Assembly (NCBI RefSeq): GCF_006345805.1 | Contig: NC_043010.1 | Coordinates: forward strand, 44,888,001 to 44,952,000 | Length of the DNA: 64,000 bases | Direction of reading: 5' to 3' | DNA from: Octopus sinensis | Lineage: Eukaryota | Shown: one piece after another, positions 35,553-49,204 of the stretch | How the letters are laid out: the number at the start of each line of letters is the position of its first letter | Position numbering within the stretch: position 1 is the first letter of the stretch | Notes under the pieces: model-generated | The model's input: only the letters and a program-made list of their open reading frames with translations | Databases searched by the model: none | What the model was told of the DNA's origin: nothing | Translations under genes and position numbers: made by a program

Positions 35553-36056
35553 GAGAGAGAGAGTATCTATGTTTGCACGTGCATCTTCATCAATATCTCA
35601 TATGTGAGATTTATTATAATAAAGCCTGTAAACCGATCAATGATGAATTACTTTCTGATTTTTAAGGGATTAAAGACCAAAACATTGACTTCTCAGATTG
35701 TGGATGCCTGTTATTTTGTACTAGCTGACCCCGTACCGTAAAAAATGACGGCTAGTTGTAGTATTTTATATATAAAATAGGTACAAAAAGGGGAAAAAAA
35801 TCAAACAGTGATTCAACTGTGTCTGTGCGTGTGTGTATGTGTGCATGTGTATACATCTATATGTGTGAGTAGCACAATCTGTAGCGAACGCGGTTTACTA
35901 TACTTTGTCACAACCCTCTTCCTTCCTTTTTAAGTGTGTCTGTTTATATATCATATATGTATGTGTAAAAGCGCGAGAGTCTATGATTCTATTTTCTATA
36001 TATGTTTCTAAATAAACATACACAAACACATATACACTCACTCAAATATATAAACA

Positions 36057-36118
<62 letters not shown>

Positions 36119-36443
36119 ACACAAACATTCACATTTCTTTCTTTTACACGCACACACATATACTCACACAGAGTTGAAGCACTGTTTGATTTTTGTTTCA
36201 ACGTTGGATTTTACCATCTCACTTCCATCAGTGGATCACCCCTTCCTTTCTCATTCATATGTTGTGCCGGAGAAATACACAAGAGTATTATTACAGTAGA
36301 AGATAGACGACCGTCTCTTTGCTACATCCTGTCTCTCATTGCTATTAATTTCTCTCACTCCCTCTCAGTCACTCCCTCTCACCACTTCTTCTTCACTGAA
36401 TTAGTAATTACTCCTACACCGTGGTTTTGGACAAATATATATA

Positions 36444-36487
<44 letters not shown>

Positions 36488-36544
36488 ACTACGCTCATTA
36501 TTATATTAGATGCCTGTGAAATCACCATGGGAGAACACCAGATA

Positions 36545-37814
36545 CGAGGGGCGTTCAATAAGTAATGTCCCTGACCCACTTCCCATAGCAGTAGAGCAAC
36601 GACACTTGGCACAGTTATTAGTCTTTTCCTACATAGGAACTACCCAGAGTTATGCATTTCTCCCATCGTTTGATACAGCTGTGGAGACCGTTTTTGTAGA
36701 AGACCCCAGCTTGGTCCTCCAACCACGACGTGACTTCAGAAATCAAGGCTGCATCATCTGGGAAACGCTTTCCTTTCAAAATCAACTTCATGGCTCGGAA
36801 GAGGTGAAAATCAGAGGGTGCAAGGGGAGGAGTTCATAGCTGCACGCCTGTGCTTCTGATCTGGCGACACGCGAGTTGTGGACCGGAGCGTTGTCCTGCA
36901 GGAGGAGGATGCCTTTGCTGATCTTGCCCCGCCTCTTGATTTTGATAGCTTCTCTTAATTTCCTCAAAAGTGAAGCATAATAGGCTTCTGTAATTGTGGT
37001 ACCCTTTGCCAGGAAATCTGTCATCACTGCTCCGTCCTGGTCCCAGAAGACTGTGAGCATAACCTTGTCAGCGGAGGGCTGCACCCTTGCCTTCTTTGGA
37101 GGAGGTGAGTCACGGTGCTTTCACTGCATTGACTGGGCTTTGGCCTATGGATCATAGTGATGGACCCAAGTTTTATCCTGTGTGATCAGTCTTTTGAAAA
37201 ATTTTGACTCATCCTCTTGGCACATCTCCAAATTCATCCTCGAGCACTCAACGCGTTCTTGCTTCTGGAAAGGTGTGAGCAACCTGGAAATCCATCTGGC
37301 AGACACCTTTTGCATATGCAAATGGTCATGAATGATAGTTTCCACAGACCCGGTACTAATCTTGACCTTATGGGCTATTTGGCGAATAGTTATGCGTTGA
37401 CCTTCCAAAATGGCAGCCTCAACTTGACGGACAGACGTCTCATCAACGGCAGAAGGGGGCGACCAGATCTGGGAGCTGTTTCCACAGAGTTCCGATTATG
37501 TTTGAATTCACAATGCCAGCGTTTTACAAGGTCATATGATGGGGCATCATCACCATAAGTTACTTTCATTTCATCAAAAGTCTCCCGTGGTGTGCGTCCT
37601 TTCAAATACAAAAACCAGATCACTGCTCGACACTCAACAGGCTCCATTTCACACTTGACTCAGTTCAAACACCTGTAAATCAGAAACCACAATTAGTTCA
37701 GAGCTGTAATTCGCCACTTAATCTATAGAGGTATCAATAAGTGCACATGCAAAATTTCAGCTAGATCAAACAACTGCAAGTGGGTCAGAGGCATTACTTA
37801 TTGAACGCCCCTCG
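36545..37814 (-). mobile_element. Mariner transposon (irritans/Hsmar2-like TIRs), frameshifted transposase
   Basis: TIR cgaggggcgttcaataagtaatg..ctgacccact at both ends with TA flanks. Fragments MEPVECRAVIWFLYLKG..., KVSARWISRLL, LITQDKTWVHHYDP, KVMLTVFWD, LLQDNAPVH. Confidence 0.95.
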
Positions 37815-38384
37815 TATTATGAAATATTGTACATGTGATGAGTTTGAAGGTCTTTGTTATATTTCTAAGTACAGCAAGTGTGGTGTATAACTTGATATGT
37901 CATACGCCACACTAATCTTGATACCTGCAGCTACGATTACACTTTGTGTTAAAGGAGAATAGTTTGTTGTGTAACCACTGAATCTTACCGTATAAGGATT
38001 CAGTGCAACTTTGACGTGAGACGTCCGGATGAATTGTGGATAACATTAGTATGTAGAGAGGAGTGATATTTTCTGCAGAAGTGTGTTAATAAAAGCAGTT
38101 TTAAAAAACGTGAGTGAGGCAAAATAAGTCCATGCGGTGAATAAAAATTAGTATTGAGTTGGAGATTTTTCAGTGGATGTTACAAAGCAGTAGACCAACA
38201 TAAACATGCGATCCAAGAAATTGAAGACTCAAAGAGATTTTAAGCAGGTAGCTAAGCTTGACAGTCAAAATCAACATAACTTTGGCTGAACTTCAAAGGG
38301 ACAAGAGAATAAAATAAGAAAAGCAAATATTCAATAGATATCATTATATGTAAGATGTATTAGTGGCTACTGAGAAAGGAAATA

Positions 38385-41300
38385 GCTTTGAGCTAGCAGA
38401 TCCTTATAGGTTGGAATTTCCGAACGCTCCATTGTGGACATGGTCAAACAGCGACGGATCTTCCAGGTCATATATAGATAGGATACTAATTAGAAAAGTA
38501 GACAGAAAAATAGCTAAGTGTCCACAGTTTTACCTGGTCAGCTACAGTGATCATAAAATGGTCACCTGTAATCTTGACATAGATAAGGTTAAAAATAGAG
38601 GCTCCGGTTACTGGAAACTTAATACGTCCCTTTTGGTGATTAAGGAGTACAGAGACCGGATTAGGACTATAATTCAGAGGGCGCTATCTGGTGCCATCAT
38701 TAATAACAAATGGTGGTATGCCCTCAAGCGAGCCATCAAATTCGAGTCTATTAGATATAGCATAGGATTAGTGGTTAGAGAGGCTAGGGGGGAATCTACT
38801 CTAGTTAAGGAATTAGAGGAAGCCTTGAAAACTGGCTCTGCGGTTCAGGTGACGGCCAAGAGACTGGCGTTAAACCAGCACCTCGAGGCCAAACACATGG
38901 GCTGCATTGTCAGGGCTAGGATCCGCGCAATGGGTTGTGAAGGAATCAACGCCGTGAGATGGGCCCGAGTGGTGGAAGCTCAGCGTGGTAACGACGCCAC
39001 GATTCGATCTATGACAAACCAACAAGGTGAGTTGATAAACGAGCCCGAGGAGATGTGTGAGGCCTTTCAGGAGCACTTCGCTCAGCTTTTCGGTGAGTGC
39101 GGCGGACTGGATAGGAGGAGGGCCTTTACGGACCTCCTCGACGGGCTGCTGCGCTTATCGGGGCGAGATGCGGAGGGCTGTGAAGGGCCAATCACGCCTG
39201 GGGAGGTGGTTGAGGCGATGGCGGACTGCGGCGCGGGCAAGGCGCCGGGTTTAGATGGTCTACCCTATGAGTTATATAAGAGTATGCCAGACTTGTTCGG
39301 GCACCTACTGGCGGAGGTCTATACGAACTGGCAGCAGAACGGGTTCATACCCAGATCTGTGCGCCGGGGAGTAGTGATACTCGTCAGAAAGGACCCGAGC
39401 AAGGGGGAGTGCATTGATAATTTCAGGCCCATCACTCTGCTAAACACAGAGTTGAAGATTTTGGCCAAAGTGTTATCGAAAAGATTGGCGCGTGTCGCGG
39501 ATGGTCTGATCGGGGAGGCACAGACATGTGCCGTTCCCGGCAGAACCATTCAGGATAATCTCCATCTTATGCGGTACACTATAGAGAGGTTTAATAGTGA
39601 TTCTGGCAAGGGTGGGGCACTGGTCCATTTAGACCAATCTAAAGCATTGGATAGGGTCGACCATCGCTACCTGGTATCTGCCCTGGTACAGTTCGGGCTG
39701 GGCCTTGGCTTCCTCAGGTGGATTATCCAAATTTACGACAACATCGACTCGGTAGTTCGGGTGAACGGCTTCTTGTCGAAGCCGTTCGACATCAAGCGCT
39801 CGGTTCGTCAAGGGTGTCCGCTCTCCCCGCTTTTGTACGTGATGGCTCTTGAGCCATTACTGCGAAAACTGAGCGGCATCCCGAGACAGCCAGGTAGTGG
39901 AAAATCGGTGTCAGCGTACGCGGATGACAACACCACCATCGTAACCGAAATGGATCACCTACGTAAAGTAGACAAGGCCATAGAGGTTTACGAGACGGTG
40001 ACAGGAGCAAAAGTTAATCGCGAAAAGTCAGTCGGCTTGCAACTCGGCACCTGGAGAGGCAAGTCGATGCCTCCTGACAGCGTCGTGGGACGTTGGACGG
40101 AGGGTCCGATTAAGTTGCTAGGGGTTTGGTTCGGTCCAGACCTCCAAATAGAGAAGAATTGGGGCGAGGTATCGAGCAGGGTGGCTGCAGTAACCAAGAT
40201 CTGGTCTTGGCGGTGGCTATCCCTGAAAGGGAGGGCGGAGGTAGCCAATGTGTTTATCGCATCGGTTATCACCTACCGCCTTTCCGTCGTTCCTTGCCCT
40301 GATTCGTAGTTGATCAAGTTGGAAAGACAGCTCTTCTACTTCTTGTGGAAGGGCGGGAAACCACTTGTGAAACGCTCTACTTGCTGTCAACAACCGTTAA
40401 AGGGTGGGCTAGGGATGCCTTGGCTGATGATGCGCAGACATGCGCTGAGGTTAAGACATCTGTGGCTCTACCTGGATGGTGAACAGGTGTGGTCTCCGCT
40501 AGCAAAACTGATGTTTCCCAAGTTCACTAGTTTCGGTGGATGGGAAACCTGGCTGAATCGTAGATCGAAACTGGGCACATGGTACACGGAGTGTCGCAAG
40601 GCTCTCCTGCTATTCCGTCGCTCGGGCAACGCCTGCGGTGGGGGTTCCACCACATTCTTCTATAGAGGGTTGGTAGAGGCGGAATGGGAAGATACCTTGG
40701 GGGAAACCCTAGGTCTCGACGATAATCAGCTGGCCAGTCTGTTCCGATGTACGTTCGAGCCGAAGACACTGGACAACTTCCAGATGTCTCTGACATGGCA
40801 ATGCTACAGAGGAGCTCTACCTGTTCGGGATAAACTCGCAAGGCACGGTGGCCAAGACAGTCCTATATGTCCAAGATGCGAGCGGGATAGGGAAACCGCC
40901 CCGCACGCTATTGTTCATTATTCGGTCGTGTTTGAGGTGTGGGTTTATGCCGAACAGTTGTTGTCAAGCACACGAAGAGTACAGCTATCGACTGAGTCTA
41001 TTACAAAAATTGACCCACCAGATTTCCTCGCGAAAGAAGGTAAAAATTGTTTTCTCGTTGTAGTAGCAATTGCGAAAGAGGTGATATGGAAGACGAGAAT
41101 GAAAGGTTTACGGTCAGGCAAGTTCATCTCCGGCCCTGGTTTGATGAATTACTTCATCTTTCACCTGAAAAGGAAGATAGGGCTGGAGAGAAAATGCCTG
41201 ACTAAGAGAGTGTATGAAGAACGATGGAAAGATGTAGCACGAAAGTTGCGAGTGGATGATACCACATAAATGTAAAACTAGACGAAACCAAAGTATCAGT

Positions 41301-41510
41301 GGGGAGGCGGGGCTCGTGGGGTCCGAGCTAAACCCGCTCCCATTCCATCCGTAATGTCTTCTGGTCTGTTCCTCATTCGATTTTTGATATTTTTGTAATT
41401 TTTGTAAATTTTTAAATTCGCCTTTTTTGTAAACCCATTCGTTAATCTGACCCCACATCAGGTTGTATTGTCCCCTCTATGTTTGCCCCTTGTGGGTAAT
41501 AATAAAACAA
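38385..41510 (+). mobile_element. Tx1/L1-clade LINE, 5'-truncated in the endonuclease; ORF2 broken by one in-frame stop
   Basis: APE C-terminus (WTW...SYIDRIL, SDHK), RT (QTCAVPGR, DQSKALDRVDH, RQGCPLSPLLY, YADD), C-terminal CPRC...ET..H. ORFs 38363-40309 and 40310-41269 are in frame across a TAG. 3' UTR ends tgtcccctctatgtttgccccttgtgggtaataataaaa. Confidence 0.95.
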
Positions 41511-42099
41511 TTTATTTATTTATTTTCTCTTTATAAATATTTCTATTTCATCATAACTAATTTTAATTTTTGGTTGATCCTGTATCAGTTATTATCTGGT
41601 TATTATTGTGTATCGGTGAGTGTCTATAGTGACTTTTGTTATTGTTGAACTGTTACATTCGTTTTGTTGAAAAACTGTGATAACTGCGTGTGGCAGTCCT
41701 TTTTGTTACAATTTCCCCTTGTTTGAAGTGGGAATTATTGTTTTTCTGTGGGGCGTTAGTCTAAATGCATTTTTATTCCGTGGGGCATATTTTCCCATTA
41801 ATTTATTTTCCGAGGGGCGTTAGCTCAAATCTTGTATTTAAACAATGTTTGACTCAATTGAGTCGGAAAAAAAACTGTCAGGACCAATAATTGGATATGC
41901 CAATCTTATCGTCACCTATGGCACCAGTGCAGCCTCCAGCTACACCAAAAGCAAATTTTGCTGATGCTGCAAAAACCTAAACAAGAAACCTCAACACTGA
42001 GTTGAGTGAAATAAGCAAATTTAAAGGGATATTGAAAAACGAGGGGATGGAAGTCCAAACAACCCTCCAATTGAAATTCCGCACTTAACAAACAGGACA

Positions 42100-43130
42100 A
42101 ACATAATTTTCAAAACATATATTGTAAAAGAAGAAAAACAAGACGCGGCGTCTATAGAAGCGGTAGAGAGGTGTCTCTGACCAATCTGGTTGGACATCAT
42201 CTGCATAACACGTGTTAAGAAGTTTGCTGCCATCGAGGTGAGATTCACAAACGAAGAGAATGCCAGGCAGCATTCTACGAAGACTTTAAGGACGTCAAAA
42301 GTAAAGATAAATGAAATACCACCAGAAGTAGATGCTGCCTGGCTAGTGGCAGCAGCAGTTGTGGCTTGGAGGACAAAATGTCGATCCTCCAAGCAACAGC
42401 AACCGAAAAGCAAAATTGGCAGGGGTAAGGACTCGAAATGTTAATCCAAGCAGCCCCTGCTGATTTAGACGAAATTCCAGGAGTGATCCAGGTGAGAGAC
42501 ACAATGCTAATAGCGATGGTAGAGGGGAGGAAGCCTCGCTGTTTGAAATGTGGTAAGAAAGGCCACATAAGGACAGAATGCGGCTCTACCCCCAGAAAAA
42601 ATGGTAGCTCCCCACCACCAGAAGAGGAAAAAACAACAACACCAACTACAACGGAGGAAATGACGAAAAAGGAAAAGTCTCCCACGAAGGAAATAGACAG
42701 AGATAGCGACGAAGTAAAAGGTGAGAGGTGGAGCACAAAATGTGGGAAAAGAAGAAACCCACAACCCACATATGCAAGCACCTCATCACATGCACACAAA
42801 AAGAAAAAAAATCTACAACAGTACCAGAAAAAAAAAGGAAGACAGAAACGTAATGGCAGTCAAAGAAAGTAACTCAAGGCGGCAGCTTGATTAGATGTGG
42901 TACAAACAGCAAAAGCTGTGGACTGTTATAAAGGACCAAAAGGGATAAATATATTTGCCACAGACATGAAAAACTATCAGATTTTGAAATCTGAATTCCA
43001 TCATAACATAGGCCCTCTTCGAAAAGACGTTTCCCCCAAAATTTTTGAGGGCCTATCAAATACCATCCCACAATCCAGCGCAGACGAATTGAGAGATGGC
43101 CATAACAGGCCATCTCGCACCATATAAACA
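42100..43130 (+). mobile_element. Divergent Tx1/L1-type ORF1 fragment with intact CCHC zinc knuckle
   Basis: ...MVEGRKPRCLKCGKKGHIRTECG (CX2CX4HX4C); upstream VKKFAAIEVRF..EENAR and VKINEIPPEVDAAWL. No ORF2 follows. Confidence 0.75.
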
Positions 43131-43609
43131 GTAAATCTTTTATGAGTATTCATGTTGGACGTATATTGAACTCTACTATTTTCCTCTAGTTAACTCTCTC
43201 ATATCGTCTCTGAAGGGATATCCCTAATATCCCAGAAACAGCTGTAAAACTACCTTCCTCTTTATAAATGTCCTATAAATTCCACATTGCCTTGGCTTTG
43301 TTGTCATTATATTTAACATATACATGCTCGCACAAGACCTGCATTAGACTCCTCACTCGTTTTATTATTATCGAACCGAGAGTCAAACTACGGTCCTCCA
43401 GTAGCACTTACATAGCCTTACCTGCCATCTTGGGTCTTCTGGATACCAATACTTTTCATATATATATATTGCTAAATCCACAAGTTTTTTATACTCTCTC
43501 TATTTTATAGAAATCAGGATAAAATCATGTTAATGATAATATCAAGTGGCCAGCATGAAATAAAACCTTGTGGGTAAATTTTGTACTAAAATTAATAACT
43601 ATATATGTA

Positions 43610-43890
43610 TATTATATAATTATATCAAAGGGATCAGGAAATAACCTGCTCCAACATGCTACAAGAAGACGCCAATAGGCACTATAAGCCACTGTTAACT
43701 CTTACAAAAACACTGGTTGTAAGCGAGTAAATGAAAAGCACAGCATAAAACTCCACAGTATTGGATCCAATTTCGGGATTGAAGCAATGTTTTTGTTGGA
43801 GTTAACAGTGGCTTATAGCGTCATTTGGTGTTTTCTTATAGTATGTTGGAGCTGGTTATTTCCCGTTTCCTTTAATATAATTTTATATAA
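43610..43890. repeat. Hairpin/MITE-like inverted repeat with ~95-bp arms
   Basis: aaataacctgctccaacatgcta..ctataagccactgttaactc..acaaaaaca mirrored by tgtttttgttggagttaacagtggcttatag..tatgttggagctggttattt. Confidence 0.8.
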
Positions 43891-44038
43891 TATAACTAGC
43901 AGTAGAACCCGGCCTTGCCCGGAATTAAGTTACGATTATTAAGCTAATCAAGTTCTTTATTTCAAACCAAACTAAGTAATATCGACGTCAAATTTGGGCA
44001 AAATCCGTTGAAATTGGTTATATTATATATATATTATA

Positions 44039-44930
44039 TCTATATATATAAAAGTGAAGTTGTGTGAGTGTCTGTCTCCTACGATTTAGATTCCTAACTA
44101 CTCCCACATTTTGCGGTGCAGTTTAACCAAATTCGGGTATCTTATAGTCGTGATTCATATCGAGCCCGTCTGGGTATTAGCGCGCGTCTACGATGAGTCT
44201 ACGATTTTAAAAATAATTTACCATAATTTTTTTCCATTTTAAGGCATATTTTATCCGTGTGTCGATGGCGGCGGAGTTGGCGTCCATGCTCACACCTGCA
44301 CCTGTGTTGCTTCTCCCCTTCTTCCCTCCCTCGTGAAGCTGTGGGGAAGGGAGTGTAAGGAAATCAACGTCGTAAAGCGTTGTCAAGGAGACCAGCGTTC
44401 TTTTAGAACAACGACTTCATGGCTTGAATTCGCCAAAACAGAAATCGCTAAAAAAGCTGAAACAGATCCACAAAAACGGCAAAAACCGCCACACAGGGCA
44501 GGTTTCCTGTGCAAACAATTTGCACAACCGAATGTTTTAGTTGTTGCACAAATCTTTATATATAAAAGTGAAGTTGTGTGTCTGTCTCCTACGATTTAGA
44601 TTCCTAACTACTCCCACATTTTGCGGTGCAGTTTAACCAAAACCGGGTATCTTATAGTCGTGATTCATATCGAGCCCTTCTGGGTATTAGCGCGCGTCTA
44701 CGATGAGTCTACGATTTTTTTAAAAATTTACCATCATTTTTTGGCTATTATATAAGGGCAGTAACTCTCTAAAAATGTCTACGATGAGTCAACGATTTAA
44801 AAAAAATTTACTATAATTTTTTTTCCATTTTTAATGCATTTTTTTGCTACTTTTTTTAGCTATAACTCTCTAAAAATGCTTTATAGTTATTTCCCTTACA
44901 AACCCGAGCAACGCCGGGCGATACTGCTAG
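44039..44930 (+). mobile_element. Non-autonomous Helitron with duplicated 5' region
   Basis: A|TCTATATATATAAAAG start; cccgagcaacgccggg hairpin at 44903-44918; CTAG|T end; first ~190 bp repeated near 44551-44740. Confidence 0.88.
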
Positions 44931-45565
44931 TATATTATATATATATAATATAATATAATATAATATAAATGTCCTATATATATATGGGCAACAGACACGA
45001 ACACACATATACGTACGTACACCTATTGCATGTTTTGTGCATGCATACATGTTCATAAACAGAAATGAATGGAAAAATGTTGCTAAATTTGTAGATTAAC
45101 ACTCGTACGATTTTCACTAAGAAAAACAATCGTTTTTTTGCGTGGAATCAGCTACTCTGGCCTCTTAATATGCTACAAAACCCTTTTTGTGGTCCGTGAA
45201 ACGGAGTGGGTGTGGTGGAAGCCTCGGAAATTGTACCCATTTATATTGTGCAATTCACTGACAAATTGCTACTCACCTCTTTGTTTCTTTGTTGTTAAAT
45301 AAATGGATTGTCAACAAAACAATTTTTTACTCTGCGTAAAATAAAAACAAAACTGTTTCGCACCCAAAGTAATGTGTGTGAGAGAGAGGGGGGAAGATGA
45401 ACGATTTAAAATAAATAAATGATTTAAAATAAATATATTGTAATTGTTGTGTGAGAAAGTATATATACTATGATTATAAAATATAGTGTCTTTCAAAAAT
45501 ATCCTGAATTTGAACACTATATCTCGTGTTTAAGAAAAGACAAAACATTTTACATTTTATATTTC

Positions 45566-45848
45566 ATGAACGTCGTCACTTACTCTCTCTCTCTCCCCCT
45601 CTCACTTTGTCTTTCCCGTGAAACTCTCTGCTTCTCTTCCACTTTTCTTTATCTTGTTTTTTATTTGTTAGACGCCGTCAGAAAGCTATGGTTGAAAATA
45701 GATTTTTATGAACGTCGTCACTTACTCTCTCTCCCTCTCTCACTTTGTCTTTCCCGTGAAACTCTCTGCCTCTCTTCTTCCACTTTTCTTTATCTTGTTT
45801 TTTTTTTGTTAGACATCGTCAAAAAGCTATGGCTGAAAATAGATTTTT
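45566..45848. repeat. 142-bp tandem duplication
   Basis: atgaacgtcgtcacttactctc...gaaaatagattttt starts at 45566 and 45708. Confidence 0.9.
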
Positions 45849-46039
45849 ACCGCTAAAAGTTATGGCTGAAAAAAAATTTTTTACCGCTATCCGCGGGTGC
45901 CTCGGGAAAAAAATAAGTTGACAAAACCCAGATAGGATGTTGACGAACGTCCTAAAATTTGAGCGACATGTGTGCTAATTTGTGGATGTGCATAAACTAC
46001 AATCACGTACACATACACACACATCTTGCCGTATATAAA

Positions 46040-46850
46040 CTTAGACTTAGATAAACTTAGATATGTTTCGACCAAAGATTGGTCCAGGCCATGTCTAACT
46101 TAATAGCACCACCTGATAGGATTATTCGAATCCTGTTTAAGTCAAGTTTTGTTTAAGTCAAGTTTTGTTCAAATAGTGAGTTCTTGTTGGGTGAGTTGTA
46201 TCCAGTTTTGTTCAAGTAGTGAGTTCTTGTTGGGTGAGTTGTATCCAATTATGGGTGGCTTATCTGGTATTCTTTGAAGGAATTTATCCAGACTCTGTTT
46301 AAAGTTGATGGGATCCTTTTCCTCTTTGATCTCCCTCGGGACAATGTTAAATAGGGCAGGGCCTGTTGAGGAAAAGAAATTATGTTGCAGTGTACATGTA
46401 TGTTGTGATCTTGAATTGGGCAGGGGACGTATAGCCCGTGGTCCAAGTCTTGGATGAACCTTGAAGCTAATGTTTAGGTCGTTTGGGCAAAGTTGGCGGT
46501 ATATTTTCCACATCGTACAAATGATGTACCGCTCACGGCGACGCTGGAGGGAGTAAAGTTTCAAGGCTTTAAGGTGATCCCAATAATCGAAAGCAGCCAT
46601 GCCTTCAATTTGTTTAGTGAGAGCCCTCTGGGATGACTCAATTCTGGAGATGTTTTGTCTTGTGTAAGGAGACCACAGTGGGCAGCAGTATTCAAGGTGT
46701 GGCCGTACAAAGGAGGAAAAAAGTGGTATGATGACACCTTGTTCTCTGGACCGGAAAGTTCTTAAGATCCATGAACTCATCCTACGAGCTATATCGACCT
46801 TCTTGTTGATGTGTGCACTCCAACTGAGATCGTCATCAACAATTACACCC
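46040..46850 (-). mobile_element. CR1/L2-type LINE 3' fragment
   Basis: ORF 46169-46780: WILRTFRSRE...FVRPHLEYCCPLWSPY...IESSQR...LYSLQRRRERY...LDKFLQRIPD; short tandem repeats at the 3' end. Confidence 0.9.
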
Positions 46851-46884
46851 AGATATATATACAGATATATATAAATATATATGT

Positions 46885-47015
46885 ATTCCCAGCCACATGG
46901 TTCTGGGTTCAGTACTATTGCGTGACACCTTGGGTAAGTGTCTTCTGCTATAGACTCGGGCCGACCAAAGACTTGTGAGTATATCTGGTTGACGTAAACT
47001 GTAAGAAGCCCGTCT
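46885..47015 (+). mobile_element. CORE-like SINE 5' fragment
   Basis: ccacatggttctgggttcagt..gacaccttgggtaagtgtcttctgctatag..aagaagcccgtc. Confidence 0.8.
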
Positions 47016-47952
47016 TATATATGTATATATATAATTATAGTATATTCTGTTAAGAACATAGTAGAATACAGTATAAAGCTCGCTCGTCCACTTTCACATT
47101 TAAACTGTGCTTTCCAGTAGTAGTATTATATGTATTTCCAGGTTTGCGTTTGGGCATCTGTCGTGTGTGAATAGATAATTGAAAAAATTTGAGTAAACAA
47201 GAAGGGTACGCCTGGACATTTATGTTTTAATCACTACAATTGTTTGCACGCAACGTAGTTCTCCAGATGTGCAGGTACTTGATTAAGAAACTATTTCCCT
47301 GCATTATGAGATCTAGTTGTGTTTCCTCAGGTGATATGTAAATATTGTCTCTGTAAATTTAAAATCCTCGGCTTCAAGAACATTCTATCTCTCGGTCGTG
47401 GCCTTAATTTAGTAGTAGTCACAAAGCCTATCAGGGTATGTTGTTGGTGAAGGGCCGTTGGCAAACTGCTTTGAATGCGTAAATGTAGTGGGATGGTGAT
47501 TCTCGTACTCTTAAAGTGGTTGCCGTTTTAAAGAGATTGGTATTTTATTTCTTTGTACTGTTGATTTGTTCTTCATGGCTGGTTACTCATATGATTGTCC
47601 TTAGCTGGCCTTTAAGATTCAACACTCGGACACATACACGCATATATATATATATATATATATACATTCACATACACGCATATATATATATATACATTCA
47701 CATACATACACATATATAAAATCTACACACACATATACATACGGATATATACACACGCTCACATATACGGATATGTACGCGCACTCACGTTCATATATAT
47801 AAGCACACCTACACTCGCTCGCATATACATACACAGATGCTCGCGTGTGCATACACACACTTACACACATGTATACATATCTACTTACACACACACACAC
47901 GCACACCCACTCACACCATACATATAAATTCACTCACAAATTAAAAAAAGAG

Positions 47953-48323
47953 TAGCTTATTAGCAATTAAATAAAGGCGATTTTATAGAGGTCAAAAAAG
48001 TGACAGATGGTACTGACTAGCACAGTTTTTGTTAAAATAACTCAAAGCCACAAGAGCACTGAACTTAATGACTGATAAAGAGAGGTAAGTCCCCAGCGTG
48101 CATAGCCGGATCGCAATTTCGGATTTTGATGCAGGCCATCTTAATCTTCATCAGCGACTCTTAAAGCCTAGAGTTAAACACGACTGCCTCTATCAGTCTT
48201 ACAAGAAAAACCGTTGAAAACGTGCTGATTTTCAAAACGGTAAAAGTGTAAACAATAAATTAAAAAGTGGGGCTTATTAGCAATTAAAGCATAAAGGCAA
48301 AATTAATAGAGGTCACAAAAGTG

Positions 48324-48325
<2 letters not shown>
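47953..48325 (-). mobile_element. Small hammerhead-containing unit bounded by ~52-bp direct repeats (retrozyme/Penelope-pLTR-like)
   Basis: gcttattagcaattaaa..taaaggc..atagaggtca..aaaagtga at 47953-48003 and 48271-48325; hammerhead motif at 48104-48159 (-). Confidence 0.6.
48104..48159 (-). ncRNA. Type I hammerhead ribozyme motif, slightly mutated
   Basis: AGUCG-CUGAUGA-AGAUU AA GAUG(GCCUG)CAUC AA AAUCC-GAAA-UUGCGA-UC-CGGCU: intact core, AUC triplet, near-palindromic helix III AUUGCGAU; A.C mismatch at the base of helix II. Confidence 0.7.
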
Positions 48326-48366
<41 letters not shown>

Positions 48367-48741
48367 TTTTTTTTCTCCTTGTTTTTTTCTGTGTCCCTTT
48401 CTGTAGAAGAGCGTAGGCTCGAAACGTAAAAGACTTTTCTATTCCTGAGCGTTATCCTAATACTTTCTCACCTTCTGGAGCGTTAAACTAATACACCTGC
48501 TTGTTGTTTATACACCTGTCTTCGTCTTTTGCTTTTCTGCTAATTTCAACTATATATATATATATAATATATATATTATATATATATTATATATATATAA
48601 TATATATGTATATATGTATATGTATATATATATGTATATGTATATATATATATATGTATATGTATATTATATATATGTATATATAGATGTATATATATAT
48701 GTATATGTATATATATAGATGTATATATAGATGTATATATA

Positions 48742-48792
<51 letters not shown>

Positions 48793-48811
48793 GTATATAT
48801 ATATGTATATA

Positions 48812-48842
<31 letters not shown>

Positions 48843-49067
48843 GTATATATATATATGTATGTATGTATGTATATGTATATATATATGTATATGTATATGT
48901 ATACATATATGTATATGTATATATGTATATGTATATATATATGTATATATATATGTATATGTATATATATATGTATATGTATATATATAGATGTATATAT
49001 AGATGTATATATATATGTATATGTATATATATAGATGTATATATAGATGTATATATAGATGTATATG

Positions 49068-49122
<55 letters not shown>

Positions 49123-49202
49123 GTATATATATATATAATATATATATGTATATATATATGTATATATATATGTATATATATATGTATGTATGTATGTATA
49201 TA
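48326..49202. repeat. Very long (TA)/(TATG) microsatellite tract
   Basis: About 0.7 kb of TA-type repeats surrounding the 48365-48550 insert. Confidence 0.95.
48365..48550 (+). mobile_element. Penelope-tail-like fragment with a degenerate hammerhead, inside the TA tract
   Basis: CUUU-CUGUAGA-AGAGC(GUAG)GCUC-GAAA-CGUA-AAAG at 48397-48432; core A6 replaced by U. Confidence 0.6.
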
Positions 49203-49204
49203 AC

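Noticed and set aside
46030-46060. tctaag repeats as a Helitron 5' end on the minus strand
   Set aside because: Better explained as the short tandem 3' tail of the adjacent CR1/L2-type LINE; no matching CTAG/hairpin end found.
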